Made by a program: the position numbers and the translations under genes
The notes under the pieces: model-generated
The model's database searches: none
What the model was told of the DNA's origin: nothing
Seen by the model: only the letters and a program-made list of their open reading frames with translations
Assembly: GCA_038885755.1 (NCBI GenBank)
Contig: JAVZZH010000001.1
Coordinates: forward strand, 224,001 to 288,000
Reading direction: 5' to 3'
Length of the DNA: 64,000 bases
Origin: Candidatus Caldarchaeum sp.
Lineage (GTDB): Archaea; Thermoproteota; Nitrososphaeria_A; Caldarchaeales; Caldarchaeaceae
Shown: in pieces, positions 53,024 through 62,884 of the stretch
How positions within the stretch are numbered: the stretch's first letter is position 1
How the letters are laid out: every line of letters starts with the position of its first letter

Positions 53024-55576
53024 ATGTCAAACTTACCGCTTAAGGTGGTGAAGCGGGACGGCCGTGTTGTAGACTTTGACACGGCTCGTATACGTGAGGC
53101 TGTCAGGAAGGCGATGGCTTCGAGAGGGGTTTTCGACAGCCAGCTTCTCAACCTCGTCGTCGACTCGGTGCTGCGGAGGCTGTGTGAGAAGTACGGGGTT
53201 GAGAAGATTCCGCACGTGGAGGAGATTCAGGACGTCGTGGAGTACAGCCTGATGGACCACGGGCTGAAGGAGGTAGCGAAGGCCTACATCCTCTACCGTC
53301 ATGAGAGAACCAGAGTGCGGGAGGAGAAGATGAGAGTTCTCGAGACCACTTATGTTGACGAGGTTGATAAACGGTTCTCGGTCAACGCTCTGAGGCTGAT
53401 GGCTTCGAGATACCTGCTGAGAGACAAGCAGGGCCGTCTCGTGGAAAGGCCTAAGCAAATGTTTCAGAGGACGGCTGCGCTGGTTGTTCTCGCCGACATA
53501 GTCTACGACCCCATGTTTTATGACTCTTCCGGCTCCCAGCCGTGTTGGGGGGATGACGACATCTCCATCGAACATTACGCAGATGTTTTAGGCTTGGGGC
53601 CGGCGGGGGGTGAGCTGGAGGTCCGGTGGAACGTCCACCACATCGAGAGGCTTGCCGCTCTCTACCGCAGGCTTGACGAGCAGGGCATGATGAAAAAACC
53701 CTTGAAAGAAATCCTGAGCTTTTTGCAGAGCAACCACGACAAATTCTACAGCACTTACAGGCAGTACTACGAAGCCATGGTTGAGAAGAAGTTCTTGCCC
53801 AACAGCCCAACTCTGTTCAACGCCGGAACGGTTCTGGGTCAGCTGAGCGCGTGCTTCGTTCTAGACGTCGATGACGACATAACATCTATCATGCGGACGG
53901 CTGAGACCGCTGCCTTAATCTTCAAGACGGGCGGAGGAGTCGGCGTCAACTATTCGAAGCTGAGGCCAGAGGGGGATCTTGTAGCGTCGACGGGCGGCGT
54001 GGCTTCGGGCCCTGTCTCGTTCATGCGTATCATCGACACGGTCACGGATGTCGTCAAGCAGGGTGGAAGAAGAAGGGGTGCGAACATCGGCATCCTCAAC
54101 ATTAACCATCCAGACGTCGAGAAGTTCATAACAGCCAAGCAGAGGCCGGGTTTCCTGGAGAACTTCAACATCTCCGTCATGGTGCTGAAAGATTTCTGGG
54201 ACCATTATCGAGATAACAGGCCCTACCCGCTCGTCAACCCGAGGGACGGCTCGGTCTGGAGGCTCGTAGACCCGCGAAAGCTTCTACGCCTCATAGCTGA
54301 GAACGCCTGGAGGACAGCCGACCCCGGGATACTCTACCACGACAACATCAACGCGCTCAATCCTCTTCTCGAGCTGTACGGCGAGATTAACTGCGTCAAC
54401 CCTTGCGGAGAACAGCCCCTCTACCCCAACGAGTCCTGCAACCTCGGGTCTATCAACCTGCATGCCTTCGTAAACAAAGGCCGCATAGACTGGGATGAGC
54501 TGGGAAGGGTGGTCAAGCTGGCTGTTAGGTTTCTGGACAACGTGGTTGATTTGACGAAGCACCCCACAGCCGCCGTCGAGAAGATGACGCTGAGGACACG
54601 GCGGATTGGGCTGGGGATAATGGGGCTGGCGGACATGCTGTACGAGATGGAGGTTCCCTACAACAGCGAGGAAGGTTTTGAGACGATGGGGAGGGTGATG
54701 GAGTTCATAGCCCATAAAGCCGTCGAGGCATCGGCCGAACTCGCTGAAGAGAGGGGAAGCTTCCCAGACTTCCACAGGTCTTCATGGGCCCGAGGCATGC
54801 TGCCGTTCAAAGGCCTCTACACACCCGGCAAGGCCAGGCTTGACTGGAGCTCTTTGAAGAACAGAGCGATGAAGGGCATGCGGAACAGCCATCTCCTCAC
54901 CGTCGCGCCGACCGGAAGCATATCGATGCTCGCCGACGTCTCCTCGGGTCTCGAGCCGCAGTATGCGCTGGTCTACCGGAAGCAGGTTTCAGCAGGAACC
55001 TTCTACTACGTCGACCAAGCCTTCGACAGATACGTTTCGGAGAAAGGCCTTCCGAGGGAGGAGGTGTTGAAGAAGGTGGCTGACAACGGCGGGTCGGCTC
55101 AGGGGCTTGCCGAGATACCGCCCCAAGCTCAGCGTGTGTTTGTTACGGCGCTCGACATACCGTGGTGGGACCATTTAAGGGCCCAGCACGAGGTCCAGTC
55201 GTGGGTTGACGCCTCGGTGAGCAAGACCATCAACATGCCTTCATGGGTTGCTGTCGAAGATGTTTTGAATGCTTTCGTCGCGGCTCACGGTCTTGGGCTG
55301 AAGGGGTTGACGGTTTACAGGGACGGCTCGAAGTCTTCACAGGTCCTGACCACCCCGACTCAGAGACACGGGGCCTACGCCGGCAGGACGGAGAACAAAA
55401 CTCTGGAATTGTTGAAGAGTCTCGGGATAGATGTTGTCGCAAAACCGTCTGAAGCCCTTCCTCCCCCGCCGCTCATCCACACATTCTGCCCGGTCTGCGG
55501 AGGCAGGAACATGGTCTTCCAAGAGGGGTGCGAACGTTGTTTGGACTGCAGCTGGTCCAGCTGCGTAGTAGCGTAA
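53024..55576 (+). CDS. nrdJ: class II (adenosylcobalamin-dependent) ribonucleotide reductase with ATP cone
   Basis: VVKRDG ATP cone, PNSPTLFNAG..QLSACF, NPCGEQPL, SCNLGS, APTGSIS, SVSKTIN, C-terminal Cys cluster; no intein. Confidence 0.96.
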   Translation: MSNLPLKVVKRDGRVVDFDTARIREAVRKAMASRGVFDSQLLNLVVDSVLRRLCEKYGVEKIPHVEEIQDVVEYSLMDHGLKEVAKAYILYRHERTRVREEKMRVLETTYVDEVDKRFSVNALRLMASRYLLRDKQGRLVERPKQMFQRTAALVVLADIVYDPMFYDSSGSQPCWGDDDISIEHYADVLGLGPAGGELEVRWNVHHIERLAALYRRLDEQGMMKKPLKEILSFLQSNHDKFYSTYRQYYEAMVEKKFLPNSPTLFNAGTVLGQLSACFVLDVDDDITSIMRTAETAALIFKTGGGVGVNYSKLRPEGDLVASTGGVASGPVSFMRIIDTVTDVVKQGGRRRGANIGILNINHPDVEKFITAKQRPGFLENFNISVMVLKDFWDHYRDNRPYPLVNPRDGSVWRLVDPRKLLRLIAENAWRTADPGILYHDNINALNPLLELYGEINCVNPCGEQPLYPNESCNLGSINLHAFVNKGRIDWDELGRVVKLAVRFLDNVVDLTKHPTAAVEKMTLRTRRIGLGIMGLADMLYEMEVPYNSEEGFETMGRVMEFIAHKAVEASAELAEERGSFPDFHRSSWARGMLPFKGLYTPGKARLDWSSLKNRAMKGMRNSHLLTVAPTGSISMLADVSSGLEPQYALVYRKQVSAGTFYYVDQAFDRYVSEKGLPREEVLKKVADNGGSAQGLAEIPPQAQRVFVTALDIPWWDHLRAQHEVQSWVDASVSKTINMPSWVAVEDVLNAFVAAHGLGLKGLTVYRDGSKSSQVLTTPTQRHGAYAGRTENKTLELLKSLGIDVVAKPSEALPPPPLIHTFCPVCGGRNMVFQEGCERCLDCSWSSCVVA

Positions 55577-55607
55577 AGGCTAAAAACGACGTCGAGCTGC
55601 TGGATGC

Positions 55608-56048
55608 ATGTCTGCGGTTGTAAGCAAGGCTAAAGCTGTTTGGAGAGGAGATCTTTTCCACGGCGAGGGAGAGGTGAGCTTTGACAGCGGAGCATTTCCA
55701 ACGCGTCAGGTGACGTGGGCAGCGAGGTCTTCGAAGGTGGCGGGGATGACCAGCCCCGAAGAGCTCCTAGCGGCTGCGCATGCAAGCTGCTTCGCCATGG
55801 CTCTGTCAAACATCCTAGCGAAGGAAGGTAAGCCAGCCTCACATCTCGAGGTATCGGCTGAGGCTTACTTCGCCAAGACCGATGAGGGCTTCAGGGTGAC
55901 GCAGGTGAACATCAACGTCGTCGGCAACGTTCCGGGAATGGACAAGGAAGCGTTTGAGAAGGCAGCATCCGCAGCCGGCGAGGGATGCCCTATATCCAAG
56001 GCCTTGAAGGGAAACGTTAAGATAAACGTCTCAGCAAAACTAGCGTGA
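55608..56048 (+). CDS. osmC: OsmC-family peroxiredoxin
   Basis: TSPEELLAAAHASCF.MA and CPISKAL motifs. Confidence 0.93.
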   Translation: MSAVVSKAKAVWRGDLFHGEGEVSFDSGAFPTRQVTWAARSSKVAGMTSPEELLAAAHASCFAMALSNILAKEGKPASHLEVSAEAYFAKTDEGFRVTQVNINVVGNVPGMDKEAFEKAASAAGEGCPISKALKGNVKINVSAKLA

Positions 56049-56530
56049 ACAAACAACTAGCCGCAGCGCTGGTACTCGCCGCAGCCCTTCTCTCAATCTT
56101 TCTACTCCTCACCGCTCCGGAAAAGGCTGAAAACTCATACAGCGTCTCGAAGTCTCAGGATCTCCCTCCCCACGTCCTCGTCGACGGAGTGAAGGTTTTC
56201 GTCGAGCTAGCTGACACAGCTGAAAAACGTGCACAGGGACTGTCGGATAGGGACCGTCTTGAGGAGGGCTGGGGGATGCTTTTTGTCTTCGAGCAGCCGG
56301 GGATCTATTCTTTCTGGATGTACAGGATGCGTTTCCCGCTCGACATCATCTGGGTCGACGCTGAGGGCAGGGTTGTCTACGTGGTTGAGAAGGCCCCGCC
56401 CTGCCAAGCCAACGAGCCTTGCCAGTCCTATACTCCTCCCGCCGAGGCTCTGTATGTTTTGGAGGTTAGGGCGGGTTTTGTCGAGGAGAACAGGATAGGG
56501 GTTGGGAGCAGTGTTGTGGTCGTCCGTTAG
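56045..56530 (+). CDS. DUF192 family exported protein
   Basis: Signal/TM; VELADT...R..GL, GMLFVF, FWM..M.FPLDI and VLE..AG motifs. Confidence 0.9.
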   Translation: MNKQLAAALVLAAALLSIFLLLTAPEKAENSYSVSKSQDLPPHVLVDGVKVFVELADTAEKRAQGLSDRDRLEEGWGMLFVFEQPGIYSFWMYRMRFPLDIIWVDAEGRVVYVVEKAPPCQANEPCQSYTPPAEALYVLEVRAGFVEENRIGVGSSVVVVR

Positions 56531-57927
56531 CCTACCGAGCCAGACATCTCGAGCTCGATCAGCCTGTTGAACTCGACTGCATACTCCATTGGGAGAGTTT
56601 TGGTGAAGGGCTCCAGAAAGCCTAGCACGATCATGTTGAGGGCTTCCTGCTCCGAAAGCCCTCGGCTCATAAGGTAGAACAGCTGCTCCTCACCGATCTT
56701 GCCGACCGTAGCTTCGTGAGTTGCCGTCGTGTCCTCCTCGTTTATGTCGTTGTAGGGGTATGTGTCTGTCCTCGAGGCGTCGTCGAGGATTAGGGCGTCG
56801 CATCTCACGCTGGACTTGACTCTTTTAGCGCCACGAGCAACGTGAAGCAGGCCCCGGTAGGAGGTTCTCCCGCCGTCCTTGCAGACGGACTTCGCTGTGA
56901 TTCTCGAGGTTGTGTCGGGAGCTAGGTGAACCGCCTTTGCTCCCGTGTCCTGATGCTGGCCCCTGCCTGCGAAAGCCACCGACAGTATGTCGGCTTTCGC
57001 CCCGCGGCCGAGAAGGTAGACGCTGGGATACTTCATCGTCACCCTGCTTCCTATGTTGGCGTCCACCCATTCGACCGTCGCCTCCTCGTAGGCGTGAGCC
57101 CTCTTGGTGACGAGGTTGTAAACATCGCTGCTCCAGTTCTGAAGCGTTGTGTACCTTACGTATGCGCCTTTCTTGGCAACGATCTCGACGACTGCGGTGT
57201 GAAGCGATGAGGTTGAGTATATGGGTGCGGTGCATCCCTCTATGTAGTGAACTCTGCTGTGGGGCTCGGCTATGATGAGGGTTCTCTCGAACTGGCCGAC
57301 GTTGGCCGCGTTTATTCTGAAGTAGGCTTGGAGTGGGTATTGGATTTCGACGCCTTCGGGGACGTAGATGAAGCTGCCGCCGCTGAAGACGGCGCTGTTG
57401 AGGGCGGCGAATTTGTTGTCCTCCGGCGGAACCACTTTACCGAAATAGGGTTTGAAGATGTCTGAATATTCTCTGAAAGCTGTGTCGGGGTCTACGAAGA
57501 TTACGCCTTTCTTCTGAAGATCTTTCTGAAGGTTGTGGTAGACGACTTCGCTCTCGTACTGGGCCCCAACTCCAGCGAGGAACTTTCTCTCCGCCTCGGG
57601 TATTCCAAGCCTGTCGAACGTCTTCTTGATGTATTCCGGGACGTCGTCCCAGCTCGAGGCCTTCCTGTCGCTCGGCTTGATGTAGTAGTGTATCCTGTCG
57701 AAGTCCACGGACTTCAGGTCGGCGCCCCACATGGGCATCGGCTTCTTGAGGAAAATGTCCAGAGACTTTAGCCTGAACCGTCTCAGCCACTCCGGCTCGT
57801 CCTTCATCCGGGATATCTCGTTCACGACCTCCTCTGAGAGGCCTGGCCGGGACTTGAAGACATACAGCTCGGGGTCTTTAAAGTCGTACTTGCTGTAGTC
57901 TATTTCTAGGGTTTGTTTTTCAGTCAT
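56527..57927 (-). CDS. sufB: Fe-S cluster assembly protein SufB
   Basis: [30 protein letters not shown] and HEATV motifs. Confidence 0.96.
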   Translation of the reverse strand: MTEKQTLEIDYSKYDFKDPELYVFKSRPGLSEEVVNEISRMKDEPEWLRRFRLKSLDIFLKKPMPMWGADLKSVDFDRIHYYIKPSDRKASSWDDVPEYIKKTFDRLGIPEAERKFLAGVGAQYESEVVYHNLQKDLQKKGVIFVDPDTAFREYSDIFKPYFGKVVPPEDNKFAALNSAVFSGGSFIYVPEGVEIQYPLQAYFRINAANVGQFERTLIIAEPHSRVHYIEGCTAPIYSTSSLHTAVVEIVAKKGAYVRYTTLQNWSSDVYNLVTKRAHAYEEATVEWVDANIGSRVTMKYPSVYLLGRGAKADILSVAFAGRGQHQDTGAKAVHLAPDTTSRITAKSVCKDGGRTSYRGLLHVARGAKRVKSSVRCDALILDDASRTDTYPYNDINEEDTTATHEATVGKIGEEQLFYLMSRGLSEQEALNMIVLGFLEPFTKTLPMEYAVEFNRLIELEMSGSVG

Positions 57928-57977
57928 TCGGCTATAACGGCGTTATGCCCACTATTATATCTTACACAGCAACAACC

Positions 57978-60239
57978 CTAGCGAAGCTTCTCAGGCTTGA
58001 TCGGAAGAGACTTCACCCTTTTTCCCAGCGCGTCGTAAACAGCGTTGGCGAGCGCCGCAGCCGTAGGTATGCATCCCGTCTCGCCGATGCCCTTCGCCCC
58101 GTAGGGCCCGGCAGGGTCCGGATTCTCGACGAACACGACCTTAATCGGAGGGGTTTCGAGAGACGTGGGCAGCAGGTAGTCCGCGAGCGAGGCGTTGACT
58201 ACACGGCCGTTGTCCAGAACCATCTCCTCGTACAAGGCGTAGCCAAGCCCCATCGCAACACCTCCATGAACCTGTCCCTCCGCAGCCATAGGGTTCAGGA
58301 TGCGGCCCGAGTCATGGACCGAAACAATCTTCAGAACCTTGAGAGCTCCCGTCTCAGGGTCTACTTCGACAAGCGCCGCCTGAACTCCGAAAGAGTAGGC
58401 CGCCGAAAGGTTGCCCATCCATCTCTCGTCCTGCATCTCCGTCGGCGGGTCGTAGTAAGCTGAAAAGACAAGGTTGCTCCCCCCCTGCCTGAAGTGAATT
58501 CTCCGAACGACCTTTTCCAGCTCAATCCTCTTCGAAGGAGACTGCCGGGAATATATCACGCCGTCCTCGACGACGAGCTCCGACGGCTGCGTGTTCAAAG
58601 CCTCCGCCGCCGCACGCAGTATAGCCTCTTTCGCCTTCCTAGCTGCCAGCAAAGCAGAGTTTCCCGCGACGAAGGTGGCTCTGCTTGCGTGCGTGCCTAC
58701 GTCCCATGGGCGGATGGATGCGTCGTCGTTCACTACGCGAACGTTCTGCACCTGAACGCCAAGCTCCTCCGCAACGATCTGAGCTATCGCTGTGTCCGAC
58801 CCCGTGCCTAAGTCAGTCGAACCCGTGATGACTGTGACGACGCCGAAGTCGTCGATGGAGAGAACCGTGCCGCAGCCGTCTGAACGGTAGACCCTAGCCC
58901 CTCCACCGACGTGGAAGAATGACGCAAACCCTATGCCCCTGTTCGGTCCAGCCATTCCTCTCCCCCTCCAGCCCACCTCCTCAGCGGCCCTGCGGAGACA
59001 TTCTCTCAGCTCGCAGGTCGTGATCTTCATGCCCTGCGGCGTTGTTGTGTAAGGCTTGTTCGCGTTCAGCATACGGAACTCGACGGGGTCCATGCCGAGC
59101 TCCTCAGCCAGCATGTCCATCTGCTGCTCTATTGCGAAGGTTATCTGAGGGTTTCCAGCGCCTCTCTGAGTGCCTGTGTAGGGGTTGTTTGTGTAGACGA
59201 CGGTAGCCTCGAACCTCACCTCGGCGACGTCGTACAGCCCGGTGGCGGTCGCCATCATCACTCTTCCGTCGAACGGCCCCCAAGAAACGTAGGCCCCTGC
59301 GTCTAGAATCACGCGAGCATCCCTGGCCAACAGCCTACCATCTCTGTCAGCCGCGGTCCTCATCATGATGATGGCGGGCTGGCGTGGCGGAGCGTACTGG
59401 AGCTCCTCCTCCCTCGTGAACACTATCTTCACGGGCCTCCTCGTCTTGATCGAGAGGGCGGCGGTTATCGGGTCGAGAGGGTAGATGTCCATCCCCCGGC
59501 CGAAGGCCCCGCCTATCTCAGGCTGCACCACCCTTATCTTGGCCGGGTTGAAGCCCAGCGTTTTAGCCAGCTCGTGGCGGTAAAGGAAAGGGGCTTGAGT
59601 GTTGGTGTAGACCGTGAGCTCTCCCACCGCGTTGTAGTGAGCTATGCAGCCCATGGTCCCCAGCGGCGAGGCGTTCATGTACTGGACTTGGTACCTGTCC
59701 TCAACCGTTGCAGCGGCTTTCGTGAAAATCTCTGAGAAGCGTCTGTCGTCGGATGTGGTGAACCTGAAGCCCAAGTCAACCACGTTGCTTCCCGCCTCCT
59801 CGTGTACGAGCGGGGCTCCGGGCTTGGACGCCTCCTCCGGGTCGAACACACCCTCCAGAGGCTCGTACTCGACTTCAATCTCTTCCAGCGCCCTTTCAGC
59901 CTCCTCGACGGTCTCCGCAGCAACTGCAGCAACCTCGTCACGTACAGACCTCACCTTGCCGGTCTTGAGAGGCGGATGGTCTTTCAACACCCCCATGTTG
60001 TTGAACCGAAAATCAAAGCCCGTGATCACAGCTCTTACTCCCGGAATCCTCCAAGCCCGCTCCGTGTTTATTCTCAGGATCCTAGCGTGCGGGTAGCGGC
60101 TCCTCAGTATCTTGCCGTGAAGCATGTTCGGGAGCTCCAAGTCGTCTATGTATTTTGAACTTCCCGACACCTTGAGCCCGCCGTCTATCTTCGGCACAGA
60201 CCTACCTATCACGCGGTATCTTTCGGCGTAGGACAGCAC
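57978..60239 (-). CDS. xanthine dehydrogenase/CoxL-family molybdopterin-binding subunit
   Basis: GGAFG, QRGAG.PQ, GTG..T..AQ..AE.LG, EGQ.HGG..MG and GAKGIGE motifs. Confidence 0.93.
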   Translation of the reverse strand: MLSYAERYRVIGRSVPKIDGGLKVSGSSKYIDDLELPNMLHGKILRSRYPHARILRINTERAWRIPGVRAVITGFDFRFNNMGVLKDHPPLKTGKVRSVRDEVAAVAAETVEEAERALEEIEVEYEPLEGVFDPEEASKPGAPLVHEEAGSNVVDLGFRFTTSDDRRFSEIFTKAAATVEDRYQVQYMNASPLGTMGCIAHYNAVGELTVYTNTQAPFLYRHELAKTLGFNPAKIRVVQPEIGGAFGRGMDIYPLDPITAALSIKTRRPVKIVFTREEELQYAPPRQPAIIMMRTAADRDGRLLARDARVILDAGAYVSWGPFDGRVMMATATGLYDVAEVRFEATVVYTNNPYTGTQRGAGNPQITFAIEQQMDMLAEELGMDPVEFRMLNANKPYTTTPQGMKITTCELRECLRRAAEEVGWRGRGMAGPNRGIGFASFFHVGGGARVYRSDGCGTVLSIDDFGVVTVITGSTDLGTGSDTAIAQIVAEELGVQVQNVRVVNDDASIRPWDVGTHASRATFVAGNSALLAARKAKEAILRAAAEALNTQPSELVVEDGVIYSRQSPSKRIELEKVVRRIHFRQGGSNLVFSAYYDPPTEMQDERWMGNLSAAYSFGVQAALVEVDPETGALKVLKIVSVHDSGRILNPMAAEGQVHGGVAMGLGYALYEEMVLDNGRVVNASLADYLLPTSLETPPIKVVFVENPDPAGPYGAKGIGETGCIPTAAALANAVYDALGKRVKSLPIKPEKLR

Positions 60240-60461
60240 GTCGTCTGAAGTGTTTTCTCAGGTTTAAACCTTGCCGAAGCCCGGATTCGGCGAAAGCGCC
60301 GACAAAATCGGCAGAGCCACTAGCACGGCTGAAGACCTGCCTACGGCGTTATTCACAGTCCTCGCTTGTCGGTCTTCGGTATTTATGTTTTTGAAAGCCG
60401 CTATGTTCAACCAATAGACTTAAGACTTGGTGGGTGTTTACTCGATCGAGGTCGCGTTGCC

Positions 60462-61607
60462 TTGTTGTTGATGATTCCAGGCCCAACCGAGGTCGACGAA
60501 AGAGTTATTCGCGCCATGGCTCGCCAGATGATAGACCACCGCTCTGAGGATTTCAGGGTATTGATGAGAAGCATCGTCGAGAATCTGAAGAAAATCCTCG
60601 AAACGAAGTCGGACGTGTTTGTGCTTACTTCTTCAGGCACGGGAGCCGTCGAGGCTGCTGCCTCAAACCTAACGTTTCCCGGGGATAAGGTTCTTGTCCC
60701 TACGGCTGGGCTTTTCGCCGAGAGGATGGCCGAGGCCTTCGAGGCGTATGGGGCGAACGTTATAAAAGCAAGGCTCGACAACGGGCAGGGCCCCAACCCG
60801 GAAGCTGTGAAGAAAATGCTCGACGAAAACCCCGGCGTCTCCATCGTTGCATTCCCCTACAACGAGACATCCACCGGGATAATCTCACGTGAAGTCAGGG
60901 AGATCGCGAGAATATGCCACGACAGGAATGCGTTGCTGGCCGTCGACGCAGTAACGGCTGTCGGCGGAGTAAGGGTCGCTGTAGACGAAACCGGAATCGA
61001 CATGTTCGCAGCCGGCACCCAGAAGTGCCTCGCGGCTCCGCCGGGGGTGGCTTTTGTAGCCGTGTCCGAGATGGCGTGGGAGAGGATCAGAAGGAAGAAG
61101 GTCAGGCCTCCTTACTTCGACTTGGTCAAGTACAAGACCTTCCTCGAAAAGTGGGAGACTCCCTTCACCCCGGCGATAACCTTGTTCTGGGCCCTTGACG
61201 AGGCTCTGAAGATAATCCTCGAATACGGCTACGAGAAATGGCTCGCCAGACACGCCGCCGGAGCTGCCGGGCTTTACGCAGGCCTGAGGACTTACGGCCT
61301 CGAGTTCTACGCGGCTAGAGGATTCGAGTCTCCGATCGTCGCCGCCATGCACATACCGCCGGGGTTGACGGACACGGCGATAAGGAGTGTGATGAAGGAA
61401 AAATACGGCGTTTTGATAGCAGGCGGTCTCGGCCCCTACAAGGGCAAGATGATAAGGGTCTCGAACATCGGGCTCATAGGTCGTGATAAGATAGTGAGCA
61501 CAATATACGCGTTGGGGAAGACCCTCAAATCTCTGGGAATGGCCGTCGACGTCGAGAAGGCTGTCGAAAACTCCGAGTCCGAGCTGGACAGGAACTGGCC
61601 CAAGTGA
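60462..61607 (+). CDS. class V PLP aminotransferase (serine-pyruvate/alanine-glyoxylate type)
   Basis: MIPGPT, SGTGAVE, NETSTG, VDAVT, GTQKCL.APPG and TPFTP motifs; start uncertain (TTG 60462 follows GAGGT). Confidence 0.92.
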   Translation: MLLMIPGPTEVDERVIRAMARQMIDHRSEDFRVLMRSIVENLKKILETKSDVFVLTSSGTGAVEAAASNLTFPGDKVLVPTAGLFAERMAEAFEAYGANVIKARLDNGQGPNPEAVKKMLDENPGVSIVAFPYNETSTGIISREVREIARICHDRNALLAVDAVTAVGGVRVAVDETGIDMFAAGTQKCLAAPPGVAFVAVSEMAWERIRRKKVRPPYFDLVKYKTFLEKWETPFTPAITLFWALDEALKIILEYGYEKWLARHAAGAAGLYAGLRTYGLEFYAARGFESPIVAAMHIPPGLTDTAIRSVMKEKYGVLIAGGLGPYKGKMIRVSNIGLIGRDKIVSTIYALGKTLKSLGMAVDVEKAVENSESELDRNWPK

Positions 61608-61608
61608 A

Positions 61609-62076
61609 ATGTTCTTTGAAGATTTTCAGGTAGGGCAGGAGTTCAAGGCTTCCAGCCGGATGATCACGCCGACGGACGTCGAGCTATTCACGTCGCTGAC
61701 GTGGGCGGTCAACCCGCTCTTCCTCGACGACTCCTTCGCAAAGCAGAGGGGTTTTCCGTCTAGAGTCGTCCCCGGAGCTCTAGTGATATCTTTCGTTATC
61801 GGCCTGCTTTACCAGACGACTATCTTCGACCACATAACCGCTTTAACCGGCGTGGAGAAGCTTTACTTCAGGTCTTCAACGCATCCGGGCGACGTCATAA
61901 CAGCCCGTGCTCTAGTTGTTGATAAGAAGGAGACGAGCTCTGCAGACAAAGGATTGGTCAGGTTTTCCGTGGAATGCATCAACCTCTCCAAGAACAAGAA
62001 GGCGTTCGAAGCCGAGATGGTCTTCCTAATGCTTCGTAAACCCTCAAACCAATCGGAAGCCGGCAGACAGCCATGA
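61609..62076 (+). CDS. MaoC-like hot-dog fold dehydratase
   Basis: FEDF.VG, R.IT..DV..F..LT...NPL.LD..FA motifs. Confidence 0.85.
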   Translation: MFFEDFQVGQEFKASSRMITPTDVELFTSLTWAVNPLFLDDSFAKQRGFPSRVVPGALVISFVIGLLYQTTIFDHITALTGVEKLYFRSSTHPGDVITARALVVDKKETSSADKGLVRFSVECINLSKNKKAFEAEMVFLMLRKPSNQSEAGRQP

Positions 62077-62792
62077 AGCAGGGAAGGACAGAGCTTCTCT
62101 ACATGGATGACTCTTACATCAGGGAGTTTGTGGCATCGGTTCTCAGGTCTGAGAACGGACGTGTCGTCCTTGACAGAACAGCTTTTCATCCACGTGGAGG
62201 TGGTCTTGTGTCAGATAAAGGCGTGATTAAGCATGCGGGGGGAGAGGCCCGAGTTGTGGAGGTTCTGTTCGAGGACGACGAGGTCGTGCACAGTGTTGAG
62301 GGAGCGGCACCGTCAGCGGGGTCTGAGGCAAGGTGCTTTCTCGACTGGGAGAGACGATATCGTTTGATGAGGATGCATACCGGGCTACACGTCCTCGCAG
62401 CAACCATGGTCGAGAAGACGAACGCCCTCATAACGGGCAACAACATCTCCCACGACCAAGGAAGAGTGGACTTCAGCCTCGAGTCCTTCGACAGGGCTGT
62501 GATGGAGGAATGCGTCGAGGAGACGAACAGGAGGCTAGAAAAAGGATACCCTGTCGAAATCTACTACATGGAGAGGGAGAAGGTGTTGTCGACACCGGGG
62601 CTCGTCAAGCTCGCTGGACGTCTGCCGCCAAACATACCCATGCTGAGAATCGTCGAGATAGGGGACGTCGACGTTCAGGCCGACGGCGGGCCTCATGTAA
62701 GGAACACGTCGGAGGTTGGCCGGATACAAGCTACCAAACTGGAGAACAAGGGGAAGACGAACAGAAGGATGTATTTCACCGTGATTCCTTAA
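62073..62792 (+). CDS. alaXM: alanyl-tRNA editing protein AlaX-M
   Basis: LY..DSY, LDRTAFHP.GGG..D, MRMHTGLH and DGGPHV.NT.EVG motifs. Confidence 0.93.
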   Translation: MKQGRTELLYMDDSYIREFVASVLRSENGRVVLDRTAFHPRGGGLVSDKGVIKHAGGEARVVEVLFEDDEVVHSVEGAAPSAGSEARCFLDWERRYRLMRMHTGLHVLAATMVEKTNALITGNNISHDQGRVDFSLESFDRAVMEECVEETNRRLEKGYPVEIYYMEREKVLSTPGLVKLAGRLPPNIPMLRIVEIGDVDVQADGGPHVRNTSEVGRIQATKLENKGKTNRRMYFTVIP

Positions 62793-62812
62793 ATAAGGGT
62801 TCCGCGGATCTC

Positions 62813-62884
62813 GGCGAGATGATGAGACTGACCTGTTCGGAGAGCCTTCCAGGGCTCTGTGACGAACATACACCTCTCTGAGCC
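62813..62884 (+). ncRNA. C/D-box small RNA, candidate
   Basis: GGC-GAG-ATGATGA(C)-GACTGACCTGTT-CGGA(D')-hairpin GAGCCTTCCAGGGCTC-TGTGA(C')-CGAACATACACCTCT-CTGA(D)-GCC; TTAAATA ~20 nt upstream. Confidence 0.78.

Noticed and set aside
62670-62700. AlaX zinc motif DGGPH instead of CGGxH
   Set aside because: As I recall, an Asp-for-Cys variant is common in crenarchaeal AlaX-M proteins, so it is not evidence of inactivation.
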